Assembly (NCBI GenBank): GCA_024679065.1 | Contig: JAGIQG010000043.1 | Location: forward strand, 620,001 to 684,000 | Direction: 5' to 3' | Length of the DNA stretch: 64,000 nucleotides | Origin: Sphyrna mokarran | Lineage: Eukaryota | In this document: in pieces, positions 11,361 to 22,899 of the stretch | Numbering within the stretch: the stretch's first letter is position 1 | How the letters are laid out: each line of letters begins with the position of its first letter | The notes under the pieces: model-generated | Told to the model about the DNA's origin: nothing | The model's input: the letters and a program-made list of their open reading frames with translations, nothing else | The model's database searches: none | Made by a program: the position numbers and the translations under genes

Positions 11361-12792
11361 CTCAGACGCCTAGGATCAATCTGTTAATGACTTAATCTAA
11401 ATGTCTATAAAGTTGAATATAAACTTTCAACATACAGAGTAACATCTCACCTTTCTGTTTTTCAGTTCCTTTTGGATTCGACACACTCTTCGTCCAATAT
11501 TCCCCTGGAGTCCTCAGTTGAACAATACAAGTGCAGACAGCGCCGCTTCTCCAGGTTACCCCCGACACCATGACATGACTTCTGATGCTGTAGGTCCCGT
11601 CTTCCTCAATTGTCCCGGGATCACTCGATCCTTCAGTGATCAGACCGGAAATATTCCAGAAAACAACAATCTGGTTCGAAGAAATTCCACTGACCAAACA
11701 CACTAAAGGCACGGCATCAGTCACATCCAGCTCAGCAGGCGGGACAAATACCAGCAACGCTGTCCCTTTGGTAGAACTGTCTGAATAGGAATCGGGGCAC
11801 AGTTAAGGATTAATTACACCAAATGGTTTTGCTGTGCATAATCTGAATTCATTTCACTTGCTCTCTTACCTCCAACAAGTAGTGTGGGTCCATTCTGGAA
11901 CGGTGCATAGCCAACCTTATCAGCACAGTAGTAGGAACCCGAATCACTAACCTGGACATTGCGAATTTCCAGTATCAATTCATATTTGTCGTTGCCTTTT
12001 TTGGAAATAAACTTACAATCGCCCCCATCACAGGGTGGGCTATCGATTACTTTCGGGATTTCACCAACGCGTTGTTTATACCAGAAGTAGCTAGTCGCCA
12101 TTTCCACCTCATCTCCTTGGTGACAGGTTAAATTGACCGTCTGGCCGACTTTAGCTGTCACTGTGAAGGGTCTCTGAGGTAGAGAGGGCTCAGAATCTGT
12201 AATAGAGAGATTATTGACACATTACCACAGATTATTTCGACATAGAAAGCAGCCGTCTGAAAAAAAAATAGATTGCCTATAAATTAAGAACAATCTTCAA
12301 TTATTCTTGCTTAGATGCATATATACCAATTTGTGTTTCTTCTCTTGAAAGCAGAAAAAAGGAAAGAAACAAAATCCTTCCCCCAATCATTGGCTCACAT
12401 TTTCATTGTTGTAGCAGGGGAGCATGGTGGTTGCAACCAATGCCTTCAGCACTGGCATCGGGCTTCAATCCCTGGCTTGGATAATTTTCGGTGCACATTC
12501 TCGCCCTGTCTGCGTGAGTTTCCTCAGGGTCCCACAGTCCCAAAGCTGTGCTGGTTTGGTGGATTCGCCATGATAAATTATATCTCCATGACCCCTAACA
12601 GGCGCCGGAGTGTGGCGACCAGGACATTTTCACGGCAACTTCATTGCAATGTAAATGTAAACCCACATGTGACACTCATGCTTAAAAACAATATTTGGCT
12701 GATGCCAATTTAAATATCTCACCTGACACACACTCACTATAAGCCCACAGCAGTTGGAGAAAAATAATCAGGGATAAAGATCGCTGGGGCAT
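2504..12792 (-). CDS. Non-rearranging antigen-receptor-like IgSF gene (leader-VJ-C1-TM), 283 aa; join(12792..12723, 12196..11870, 11780..11451, 2628..2504)
   Basis: Four exons with canonical GT-AG phase-1 junctions (70+327+330+125 = 852 nt, open throughout); signal peptide, V-set, C1-set and TM motifs. The link to the TM exon across an 8.8-kb intron is inferred from phase, content and conservation in the paralogue. Confidence 0.85.
2900..3200 (-). mobile_element. HE1/V-SINE-like tRNA-derived SINE
   Basis: Core ctttggactgtggaaggaaacaggagcagccggaggaaacccacacagacatgggga. Confidence 0.75.
3945..4590 (-). mobile_element. CR1 LINE 3' fragment
   Basis: ORF2 C-terminal motifs (DRVDSRRLFPRAEM, QRVENEWNGLP) and a tagaa tail. 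Confidence 0.85.
5115..6975 (-). mobile_element. Old degenerate CR1 LINE (RT region)
   Basis: Broken frames with GSVLG, FADDTK and DKSPGP motifs. Confidence 0.85.
6978..8368 (-). mobile_element. CR1-C LINE, 5'-truncated, with long 3' UTR and fold-back 5' junction
   Basis: ORFs 7528-7917 and 7918-8232 ([15 protein letters not shown]; WQMEFNPDKCEVMHFG); the ORF end runs into the V-SINE-containing UTR; 8270-8368 is an inverted copy of 8099-8197. Confidence 0.85.
8400..9520 (-). mobile_element. Old CR1 remnants (endonuclease and ORF1 regions)
   Basis: SIWVKIKNKKEKKSLICVIHRP resembles the CR1 APE domain. Confidence 0.6.
9517..9838 (+). mobile_element. CR1 3' end
   Basis: MDSEGLFPRM...NTRGHRF; (gttctat)n tail. 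Confidence 0.8.
9968..11030. repeat. (CA)n microsatellite plus ~1-kb degenerate CA/TA-rich minisatellite (recurring ctcagatattta)
   Basis: Pure (CA)n at ~9995-10047, then irregular units containing ctcagatatt. Confidence 0.85.
11286..11357. repeat. (CA)n microsatellite
   Basis: Perfect dinucleotide run about 95 nt past the C1 exon donor. Confidence 0.95.
11451..11780 (-). CDS. Exon 3: C1-set Ig constant domain
   Basis: LVFVPP...VPLVCLVSG...VVFWNISG...DGTYSIRSHVMV...W.SGAVCTCIVQ; acceptor ctattcag, donor aag/gtgaga. Confidence 0.92.
11870..12196 (-). CDS. Exon 2: V-set domain with germline-joined J-like G strand
   Basis: GQTVNLTC...FWYKQRVGEIPK...LEIRNVQVSDSGSYYCA...FQNGPTLLVG; acceptor tattacag, donor gag/gtaaga; no RSS. 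Confidence 0.93.
12415..12680 (+). mobile_element. HE1-like SINE in intron 1
   Basis: agcatggtggttgc...cattctcgccctgtctgcgtgagtttcctc...cccacagtccc. Confidence 0.65.
12723..12792 (-). CDS. Exon 1: signal peptide MPQRSLSLIIFLQLLWAYSECVS
   Basis: ATG, hydrophobic core, phase-1 donor cag/gtgaga; length and sequence conserved in the paralogue at 62779-62848. Confidence 0.85.
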
Positions 12793-15700
12793 TTTGTGGA
12801 GGTGAGCAATATCACCCAGCTTCCACTCCTAACAGTTTGCTTTTGGTGAGCATTCGCCGACAGACCTGGGTTCAGTCCCAGTTGATTGATGCACTTTAAG
12901 ATGCGATGGATACTATGACAAGGGGCGCAATGGAAAGTGTGATACAATACTGGGGAAAGTGACCTGCTGAATGCCACATGCATCTGACGCACTGTGGTCA
13001 CCACATACGTGTCAAGGGGTCAAGACATAAAATATCCATACAGTACTTGATTGGCGTGTCTTTCCGAGGGGATCACAATTTAATCAATGTGCGGATATGT
13101 GCTGAATATGTAAGTAAAAGTTTAATTTATTCTCAGGGTGTGAGTTATGGGACTCAGTTCAGAAGGATGGCCAAGGATCTCATTGAAACGTACAGTATAG
13201 TGAAAAGCCTAGGGAAGATGTTCAGAATTGAACAGAATAGAATAGAATCCCTATGGTGCTGAACGGGGTCCATTCAGCTCATTGAACTTGCACTGACAAC
13301 AATCCCACCCAAGCCATATTCCTGCATTGCCATCTTACACTGTAGCCGCCTGGGAAAATCCCACAGCACCAGTTTAAAGTCCAATTTGTGGGCTTTATTT
13401 CTGTTTTACTTCAGTCCAATGCCAGCAACTCCACATCAAGTTAGTATGGACAACTGATATAACGCATACATCTTTGGAGCGTGGGAGGAAACCGGAGCAC
13501 CCGGAGGAATCCCTTGCATACCCAGCGAGAATGTACAAAATCCACCCAGTCACCAAAGGCCAGAATAGAACTCGAGTTCATGGTGCTGTGAGGCAGCAGT
13601 ACTAATGAATGTGCCACTGTCCATTAATAGGAAGGACTAGGCTACTGGGACATAGACTTGGAGTAAAGTGTTGATCCTTTAGAACCGAGATGACAGAGAT
13701 TTTCTTCAGCTAGAGAGTGATGAATCTGTGGAATTCGTTCTCACAGAAGGCTGTGGAGGCCAAGTCATTGAGTGCATTTAGGACAGAAATAGATAGATTT
13801 TTGATAGGTAACGTGCTAAAAGGTTATAGTGTAAAGGCGGGAGAATGGGGCTGAGAAATATATCAGTCATGGATTGCAGAGCAAACTCAATAGATCGAAT
13901 GGCCTAATTCTGGTCATTTGGTTGGAGCCACATATATTAATTATTTCAATGGGGTGGTTGATCAGTGTTGGTGAGTTGCCTTCATAGAACAAAGAGCACA
14001 GAGCATTGAACAATACTGCATTGGAACAGGCCCTACGGTCCTTCATATATTACTGAAAACGACACCTAAAGAAACGAATCCTTTCTGCCTGGTGTGGGCC
14101 ATATCCCTCTACTCTTGCATATGCATGTCTTAACTGAAAAAACAACTATACATCCATATCTTATCGGCCTCCACCACCATCCCCGACAGGACGGTCCAAA
14201 CACCTACCGCTCTCTTTGCAAAACATTCATCCCTCACATCTTCGAACTTCTCCCTATCACCTTAAATGCATGCCCCTTGATATTTGCCAGTTCAAGTCTG
14301 GGAAAAGAAATATTTTGACTGTCAACCCTGTCGAGGATTATAATAAATTTATAGGCTTTTATCAGATCTCCCCTCAGCGTCCACAGCTCCAAAGAAAACA
14401 ACTTCTGCAGTTTCTCTGGCGCAGTTTATTTGCTAACCAATAACACTAAATAAGACGCGAGATCCAACATTTTGACTCACCGCCGTGAAGGAATAGCAAT
14501 AGATTTCCAATAGATTGTCTCTTACTGGGAGGAGAGTGATATAGCGATGGTGTCCCCATGAGTCTACTGCCTTTGTCCTGGACGATTAAGATATGGGATT
14601 TGCAAAGTGAATGACAGGAAAATAGATTGAATGTAATGATACACCCTGTGAGACATTCGGAAACGAATGTGTTTTTTTTAACAATTATTAACATGCAAAC
14701 ATAGATAACATTAGTAGGAAGAGGCCAGCCGGCCCTTTAGAACTGTTCCACCAATAATTTTAATCATGTCTGATCATTAAATTCAATACCCTGTTTCCGC
14801 CCCCTCCCCCTTCTCCCCATATCCCCCGATCTCTTTAGTTCCAAGAGCTATATTTAAATTCTTCTTGAAATCACACAAAGTTTTGGCCTCAATTACGTTC
14901 AGTGAGAATTAATTTCACATATTCACCACCCTCTGGATGAAGAAATTTCTCCACGCCTCAGCCCTAAGAAGTTTTATCCCTTATCTTCAGATTATGACCC
15001 CGAGTTCCGGACTACTCCCATCATTGGGAACATTCTTTCTGCATCGATCCCGTCTAATCCTATTAGAATTTTATACGAGATTCCCTCTCTCTTGTAAACT
15101 CCAAAGAATACAATCCTAACCAGCTAAGTGTCTCCTCATACGGCAGGCCTTTCATCCCGAGAATCAGCCCAGTAAACCTTCGCTGTGGTCCCTCTATAGC
15201 AAGGACATCCTTCCTGAGATAAGAACACCACAGCTGTACACAATAGCCCAGGTTTACTTTTGCTATCACATAACATTATGGGTACAATTACTTTCTGTGG
15301 TAGTGGATTCCACACATTCCACACTCTCTGGCTGAAGAAACTTCATCTCAGTTCAGTCCGAACAGATTTATCCCATATCCTCAATCTAGTTGGTGACACA
15401 GCTTCCGTGCACGGAAACTGGGAAATATTGGATGGGCTGTGGGTGGATACATTTGAAATGCACAATGACAACCCAGTGTTTCAATGTTCCCTCCACGTAG
15501 AGACTGTATACTGCTGCTGATTTATGGAACGCATTGTTTGTGATTAATGCTGGGTAGCTGCAACTTTTCTTCCAAACTGGGCGTTAACAAATGCATGGAC
15601 CTGGTGTCGCAATTATGAAGTCAACAGTCTGGTCTTGTTCATTGCATGACAACTGGGCGGCAGATAATTATAGCTTGCGATTTCAAGCTTAGCGGCAAGG

Positions 15701-16119
15701 TTTGACCTCGGTAGGCATCTCTGCGTGCAGCGTCTCAACTATGAAAACAAAAAAACCATTGAGAGCTTCTGGCTCGAATAATTTTCCAACAGCGGCGTAA
15801 AGTGCATAGAATCGTGGCTAGAGACTTCCGACCCTCGGTCCTTTGCACACCGCAGAACATGTGAAGCGTCCATTTGTGGGTAAAAGCCCTCAGCCCTGGC
15901 CAGAGCTAGTGCGCGTCTTTACTGTCACGTTAAGCCCTCTGTTGCTGGTTCGACTGGCTATTCATTTTCATTCCAGGTCATGCACTTTTGCAGAACAGTT
16001 CAAGTGCTCAGTTCCCGGTGATGTTAGAACCTATTCTATCAATATTTCATTCTACAAATGTATTTGCACCATAGAGGGTGAGGCAAAACCTCGTGGTTTT
16101 ATCGTTAGATTATTAGAAT

Positions 16120-16440
16120 AGAATATAATCCCTATAGTGCAGAAGGAGGTCATTCGACCCATCGAGTCTGCACCAAAACCATCCTATCCAGGCCCTCAAG
16201 TTCTGTACACAGCTAATCCCTCAAACCTATGTATCCGGGGACGCCAAGGGCCAAATTAGCATGGTCAGTCAATCTAACCCGCACATGTTTGGACTGTTGG
16301 AGGAAACCAGAATATCTGGAGGAAACCCATGCAAACATGGGGAGAATATGCAAACTCCACACAGTCAGTGATTCAAGCCTGGAATCGAACCCATGTTCCG
16401 GGAGCTGTGAGGCAGCAGTGCTAGACACAGCGCTCCCGTG
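16120..16440 (-). mobile_element. HE1/V-SINE-like SINE
   Basis: Core ggaggaaaccagaatatctggaggaaacccatgcaaacatggggag; tRNA-like head ctgtgaggcagcagtgcta. Confidence 0.75.
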
Positions 16441-16775
16441 ATCTAAGCACTCAGCTATTGTTCTGGAGACTCTGGTTCGAATACCTCCAAGGCAGTTGGC
16501 AGAACCTGAATTCAATTAAAATACCTGGATTCAGAATCCACTGATGACCTTGAATCCATCGTCCGGGAAAAACAAACACATCTAGTTCGCAATATCATTT
16601 GGCAAGGGAAATCTATCATCCTTACCTGGTCTGGCTTATATGTAACTTCAGACTCTTGTCAATGTAGTTGACTTTCAATTCGTTTTTATGACACTCTACT
16701 GCCCTCGGGCAACCACTAATGGGTAATAAGTTCTGGACAGTGAGTGATGCCCATGTCCGATAAATGTATGTTCCG

Positions 16776-18290
16776 TTTTGTGGCAACATGCATTCCCCAT
16801 ATAATACTGAAGATTGTTTGACATGTTTCCCTGAGGGGTTTTACAGAGAATTTGCAAATGTTTCAGTGAAATTACTTCAGAAATAGGCCGTGCTTCCAAT
16901 GAGAGAATCCGATAAGCAGAAACATCTGTCTCATTAACAGTTCTGTGAGTTTTGTCTGTTAGGATGACCATTTGCAAACACTGCCGCGTTGATCGGGATT
17001 CTATTCTTTATCATCGTTGGGATTTAAAATTATTAAAACAGCTGATTTCTGAGGCCTGATATTCCACAGGCACTTCTTTGAAAACATATGTTATTTTCAA
17101 TGTGTCTTGGTTTTAAATACTACTTCTCTTTCATTTATTCACCCACCTCCCCACCCACACAGAGTCTTTGACTCCGAGAAAGTTGAGTGAATATCTCCGT
17201 CAAGAAAGGGAAACTGAGGAATCGATCCATTTCATAATCTTTTGTCCAGTTCTCAATCTCCAGATCACCAATGATCTGTCCTGTTCCCTCCACGGTAATG
17301 TTCCTGTTAAGAAAACCCAACAACGCCTCAGGGTTCACGGTGGCTCAGTGATTGGCATTGCCACCTTAAACACCAGGGCTTGCATGACTATCGCTGTGGA
17401 GTTTGCACATTTTCCCCGTGAGTGCGTTTACTGCAGGCGTTCCGGTTTCCCCTAACACTCCAAAGATGTGCAGGTTAGGTGAATTGGCCTTGTCAAATTC
17501 TCACTCAGTGTCCCTCGACAGGAGCCAGAGGCCAGAGTGTGCGAAATAGGGGTTCCTCATACTCAGTTTAGTGTGAATGTAAGCTGACTTGTGATAAATA
17601 GATAAACTTTAACTTTCTCAAGATCCTAAATGCATCTTTTTGTGGTAGCATGTCTTCCCTGTCATTGTATGAACATTGTTTGACATTTTTCCTGAGACGT
17701 TTTGCAGAGAATTCTCACATGTTTCGCTGAATTTCCTTCAGAAATAGGGCATGTTTCCAATGAGGGAATCCAATAAGAGAAACATTCAAACTGTATACTT
17801 TGAATACAGTTCAAAGTATTTTGTCTGTTAGAATGATACATATTGACTCATTGATCGGGTTGATATGTATCATTTGCCACTTTGATCGGGATTCGACTCT
17901 TGATTCTTTTTGAGATTTAATGTTATAGAAACAGTTGTTCTGTTGAGGGCTGATGTTTCAGAAGCACTTTTTAAAACCTGATTGTTTAATGTGCCTGTGT
18001 TGTAAATGCTACTGTAGTGCGTTTATTTACCAACCTCCGCCCCCAGAAAGCTGAGTAAATATCTCCCTCAAGAAAGGAAAAGTGAGCAACGGAACCTTTT
18101 CATAATGTTTACAGGTAACATTGTCACACTTCTGGTGAGAACTTAAACCATCTCTGAGTCCAGGCCACCAATGGTTTGTCCTTGTCCCTCCACGCCTATT
18201 TTCTTGTTACGAAAATCCACCAAAGCCTCGGGGGTCACGATTCAATTGTTACCACCTTAAAGGCCAAGGTCTCGGGCTCGAATGCCGGAT
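16776..18290 (+). repeat. Old tandem duplication (units start at ~16776 and ~17637)
   Basis: gattgtttgacatgtttccctgag...cttcagaaatagg...tccaatgag is repeated about 860 nt apart, and each unit ends in a SINE head. Confidence 0.75.
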
Positions 18291-18431
18291 TGGTTAATTG
18301 CTAATTGTTAATTATTAACTTCTTATCAGCCTTTTTTCAATGTACAGAGATGTTTTAAGGCTCTGGGTGTTCATCTCAGCTGAACCAGGGAATTGGATTA
18401 AATAATGTTAATTAAATAATTGTTAATTGCT

Positions 18432-18605
18432 CCCTTTTCCCCTCCCTCTCTCCTCTCCCCCTCTCTTGCCCTCCTCCAGTCCGTCGCCTTCCCCCTCTCC
18501 CTCTCCCACCCCCTTGCCTTACTCCTCCCCTTCCCTTTCGCCTTCCCCCACCCCCTTCCCCTCCCTGCCACCCTCCCTCCCTCCCTCTCTCCTTCCCTCC
18601 CCCAG
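18432..18605. repeat. Polypyrimidine (C/T-rich) low-complexity tract
   Basis: Irregular (ccctc/cccttc)n. Confidence 0.85.
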
Positions 18606-19059
18606 CCAGGGCGGCCAGCAGTGGCGCTACCGAGCTGTGAAGCAGCAGTGCTAACCACTGTGTTATCGTGCCGCTATAATACTATTGCGTCACCTCAGGG
18701 ATGGTGATGGATGTGCCTGGGATCTCCTCTGCCTGATATCATTTCTTGAGGATGATCACATCAGGTTTTTGCTTTCCTACTCGGGGTTGGGGGAATGCAT
18801 TTCTTCTACCTTTGAAAGGGGCCCCCAGATATTACAAGTGACTGATTTGATGAATCAATAGCGTTGAGTTTGCATTTTCTTTGCTGCTGCTTTGGTGTCT
18901 CTGTCAATGCTGGGCCATTCTTCCTGCTGTATTCCTATTGTACGTTTTTTTTTACAATGGGGTATCATAAAAGCTATCTCAGAAGACCAGAATCATGTGA
19001 AGGCAAGGTCAGATTACGAATAGACTGACCGTTTTGTTCCCTAAATGAAAATAATGTAT

Positions 19060-19300
19060 GCAGTGTAGGACAGATGTCAGAGGTAGTTTCTTTACCCAGA
19101 GGGTGGTAAGGGTATGGAATGCCTTGCCTGCCTCAGTTGTAGATGCGCCAAGTTTGGTGGCGTTTAAGAGGTTAGTAGATAAGTTTATGGATGAAAGGTG
19201 AATGGTTTAGGTTAGAGGGTCGCTGTTTGTTCCTAATTGGTCGGCGCAACATCGAAGGCCGAAGGGCCTGTTCTGCGCTGTAATGTTCTATGTTCTATAT
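19060..19300 (+). mobile_element. CR1-A 3' end
   Basis: tttacccagagggtggtaagggtatggaatgccttgcc...(gttctat)n. Confidence 0.8.
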
Positions 19301-20179
19301 TCCTACTCTCTGAAAGGACACCTTAACCAAAATTTGTTTTCAGATCTTTTATTCATTTTTTGAACCAAGGCTGGAAAAAAGTAGTTATCTGTGGAACTCT
19401 ATGCCGCAGAAGGCTGTGGATGACACGTCATTGAGTGTCTTTAAGACAGACGTGGATAGATTATTGATTAATATGAAAATTGGATGTTACGGGGAAAAGA
19501 CAGGTGAATGGGGATGAGGAAAATATCAGCCATGATTGAATGACAGGTCAGATTCCATGGGCAAGTGGCCTAATTCTGCTCACTTGTCTAATGGTTTTAT
19601 GGTCTTATGATTGCACTGTTTTAATGCATACATTCTAATGGCAGAAACCAACTCAATTCTCCCGTAAATATGATATAAATACCAGAGTGGGGGACGTTCT
19701 ATTTTATTTTATTATTATTCATTCATGGGACATGGGAGTTGCTGGCAGATTAGCATTTATTGCCCATCCCTATTTGCCCTTGGAACATTCTGGAGTCACA
19801 TTTAGGCCAGGCCAGATAAGGAATGGCAGATATCCTTTGCTAAAGGACATCTGTGGACCACATGTTTTTTTTTCCACCAGCAATTCAGAATGATATCCGA
19901 GTCATGAATATATTCTTAATCCAGGTATTTGTGCATTGAATAAATTAAAGAATTTCGACACAGCAACATTTTTTTCAGAGACTATATTCTGCCAACTATA
20001 CTTATCTCTTATTTTTCGCTATCTTTGGTCACATCTTTTATCAACAGTTGGTGCTTGGTGTAAAATTCTGATTAAAATACCCTCTTCTCCAAAAGTGCCC
20101 ATATTGTTAATGTAGTAAACTCACATCTTTTATTCTGGGGCAAGGGAATTAGAACCCGAATCATGTGTTCAATTCTAAC

Positions 20180-20790
20180 CTTTGAGCGACTGTCTGTGGG
20201 GAGTTTGAACGTTCTACCCGTTTCTGTGTTGGTTTTCTCAGGGTGCATCCGCTCACTTCCACACTCCAAAGATATGCAGGTGAGGTGAATTGGTCATGCC
20301 AAATTGTTCCCTCATGTTCCAGAATGTGTAGGCTATGTGGATGGCCGTGCTAAATTGTCCCTTGTAGGCCAAATATGCATAAGTTAGTTATTGGCCGTGC
20401 TAAATTGTCCCTTACCATCTAAAAAGGCGTGGGATACCTGAACTGGCTATTATTCATTCTCCCCTTAGTATCCAAAGATAAGTAGGTTAGGTGGAATGGT
20501 CATACTAAATTGGCCTTTCGTGTCTGAAAATGTGCAGTTTCGGTGGACTGGCCATGCTAATTTTCCCCTTAATGTTCAAAGGTGTGCAGGTTAGGTGGAT
20601 TGGTCATACTACATTGCCGTTTTGTTTCCAAAGATATGCAGGTTATGTGGATTGGACATGCTCAACTGCTGTCAGTGTCATGGAGATTACTGGAGTAAAT
20701 GCAAAAGGTTAAGTATATATGGCCTGTTTGAGATTATTGACAGTGATTTTTTTTGATTGGCTGAATATCCTATTTCTATGCTGGGGACAT
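20180..20790 (+). mobile_element. HE1-like SINE with a tandemly expanded ~53-bp internal unit
   Basis: About 8 degenerate copies of aaagatgtgcaggttaggtggattggccatgctaaattgtcccttag. Confidence 0.75.
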
Positions 20791-21791
20791 ATGATTATTA
20801 TAATTCGGTTTATGTCCTTTTTCCTTAATTGTTTTTGATGAATACACCACATTTTCCCTTCGTTAATATTTGTTTTGATTTGAATTAAAAATGCATGCTA
20901 AACTACGTATCAGATCACCACACAGCACAGTTGGAGACCATTCCATCATTCATTCCTCTGCTCGACCTTTGCAGATTTAGCTAACTAGTCCCCGCCCTCT
21001 TTTTTCTTGTATTCCCCATATCACTGCCACTTTTGTCCCCATCTCATTTTTAAGCATATCCCCATTTTGAAATTTCTTTTTGCGCTGTAATGTTCTATGT
21101 TCTATGGCGCAACATAGAGGGCCGAAGGGCCTGTACTGCACTATAATGTTCTAATTGCATCTGCTTACACACCCTTTCGGGCAGTGTCTTCCATTTGGCA
21201 ATAAAATGTTTAGAATAATTCTTCCCTTTTCCGGACGTGAAGTAATTGCCTTCAATCTCTCTGGTCACTGACCATCGGTGGAAATAGTATTTTTATTTAC
21301 TCTCCAGAAATCCTTATGTTATCCATCAGAATTTGCCAAGAATATCTCATCCTGGAAGAGATGGAACACAAACGCAGAGCAAGCGTCTTGCTCATGATCC
21401 AGTCGGTGGGATTCTGAATACCAACCTGAATCTCACTGCAGAACTCTGTGAAGGAGGCGTGAATGTGCAGAGTGGACGCTGTGTTTATTAATAAATACAT
21501 GATTGGTGTTAGAAAATAAAGTTGAGGCACAAACATCCCTGTGGTTTTCCTGTTTACTACAGGCCCAAGTGTAGCAACACACCGAGCACATTTGGCAAAA
21601 TACCTCACGTATCAATTCATATCAGGTGGACCAGCCTTAGAGAACAGAGCACGGCCGTTCCTAATATGACAAGGATACAGAGCTAAGGGAACAGTTGTTC
21701 GAAATACTCACAAGTTGACAGTAGAATTGGTAGTTTTTAATTATCATTGCACATTGAATAGCCTGGAGATCTCTCTAAAACCAGTGACGAC

Positions 21792-22897
21792 TGAGGATTG
21801 ACAGGAAAGAGACGATTACAAATATGAAATTGTTGAAAATACAGACGTAGGATTTCTAATGGATTGGTCACCAGGTTAAACTAGTAACCAGTAAATGCAA
21901 TAAGAAATACAAGAAATCGAGTGGGTGGAATGGGATTTGATTTAATTCGAACCGAATTGATTTATTGTTGTCACAGTGAATATTTATTATCTGTTTACAG
22001 TGAAAATTATTGTTTCTTACTCTATGCAGACAAACAATACCGTTCATAGTGTGCAAAGATTTAATTTAATATTGCCAAATGCACAGACATACAGTTAAAA
22101 GTATTATTACTTGCACACTATAATGACAAAGCATATTGTACATAGACCACATGAGAAGCAGGAAAAGAGAGGGTGCAGAATATAATGTTGCACTCACAAC
22201 TAGGTTGTCAAGAAAGATCATCTTAACATAAGGTTGGTCCATTCAAAAGTCTGATGGCAGCGAGGAAAAAGCTCTTCTTCTGACTCTTGCTCCCTGGTCT
22301 CAGAATTTTCTATATTTCTTTTTCGATGGAAGAAAGTGAGCAAAAAGTGTAAGAATGTGGAACACGCTATCACAGGGAATGATTGAGATGAATGGCAGAA
22401 ATGAATGTAATGGTAAAGTTGGAGAGAGGGAGCAGAGAAAAATAAATGGAAGGAGATGTTGATGGTGTGATTATGAAAAATAAACATTAGGATGAGGCAC
22501 GCGTGGGGCATTAACAACAGCAACAAATTATTAAATCTACCTATCTATGTAGAGTATGCTTTGTCATTATAGTGTGCAACTGATAATACTTTTAACTGAG
22601 TGTCAGTGCATATGGCAATATTACATTAAATCTTTGCACACTATGAATGGTATGATTTGGCTGCATAGAGCAAGAAACAATACTTTTTACTGTATACAGA
22701 TAATAAATATTCGCTTGACAACAATAAATCAAATCAGTTCGAATTAAATCAAATCCGATCCCCCCACCTCAATTTCTTGTATTTCTAATTGCATTCACTG
22801 GTGAATAACTTAACCTAGTGACCAATCCATTAGAAATCGTGCGTCTGTACTTTCAACAAATTCATATTTGTAATCGTCCCTTTCCTTTCAATCCTCA
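21792..22897. repeat. Local inverted duplication (arms ~21792-22147 and ~22544-22897)
   Basis: gacgattacaaatatgaaattgttgaaa is mirrored by tttcaacaaattcatatttgtaatcgtc; arms include Rex1 tail sequence and unique flank. Confidence 0.85.
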
Positions 22898-22899
22898 TT

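Noticed and set aside
12159-12165. CACAGTG heptamer at the start of the V exon; others at ~27295, ~36363, ~62996 and in SINE heads
   Set aside because: No nonamer at 12- or 23-bp spacing; the V-exon one is coding sequence (FTVT).
15380-16100. Unique, moderately CpG-rich stretch that looked like a decayed coding region
   Set aside because: No recognisable protein motif or consistent frame by eye; needs BLASTX.
18398-18707. Pro/Ser-rich and Gly/Arg/Glu-rich ORFs
   Set aside because: Products of a polypyrimidine tract.
20270-20670. Regularly spaced ~53-bp repeats resembling a CRISPR array
   Set aside because: Whole units are degenerate tandem copies inside a SINE; no unique spacers, and the context is eukaryotic.
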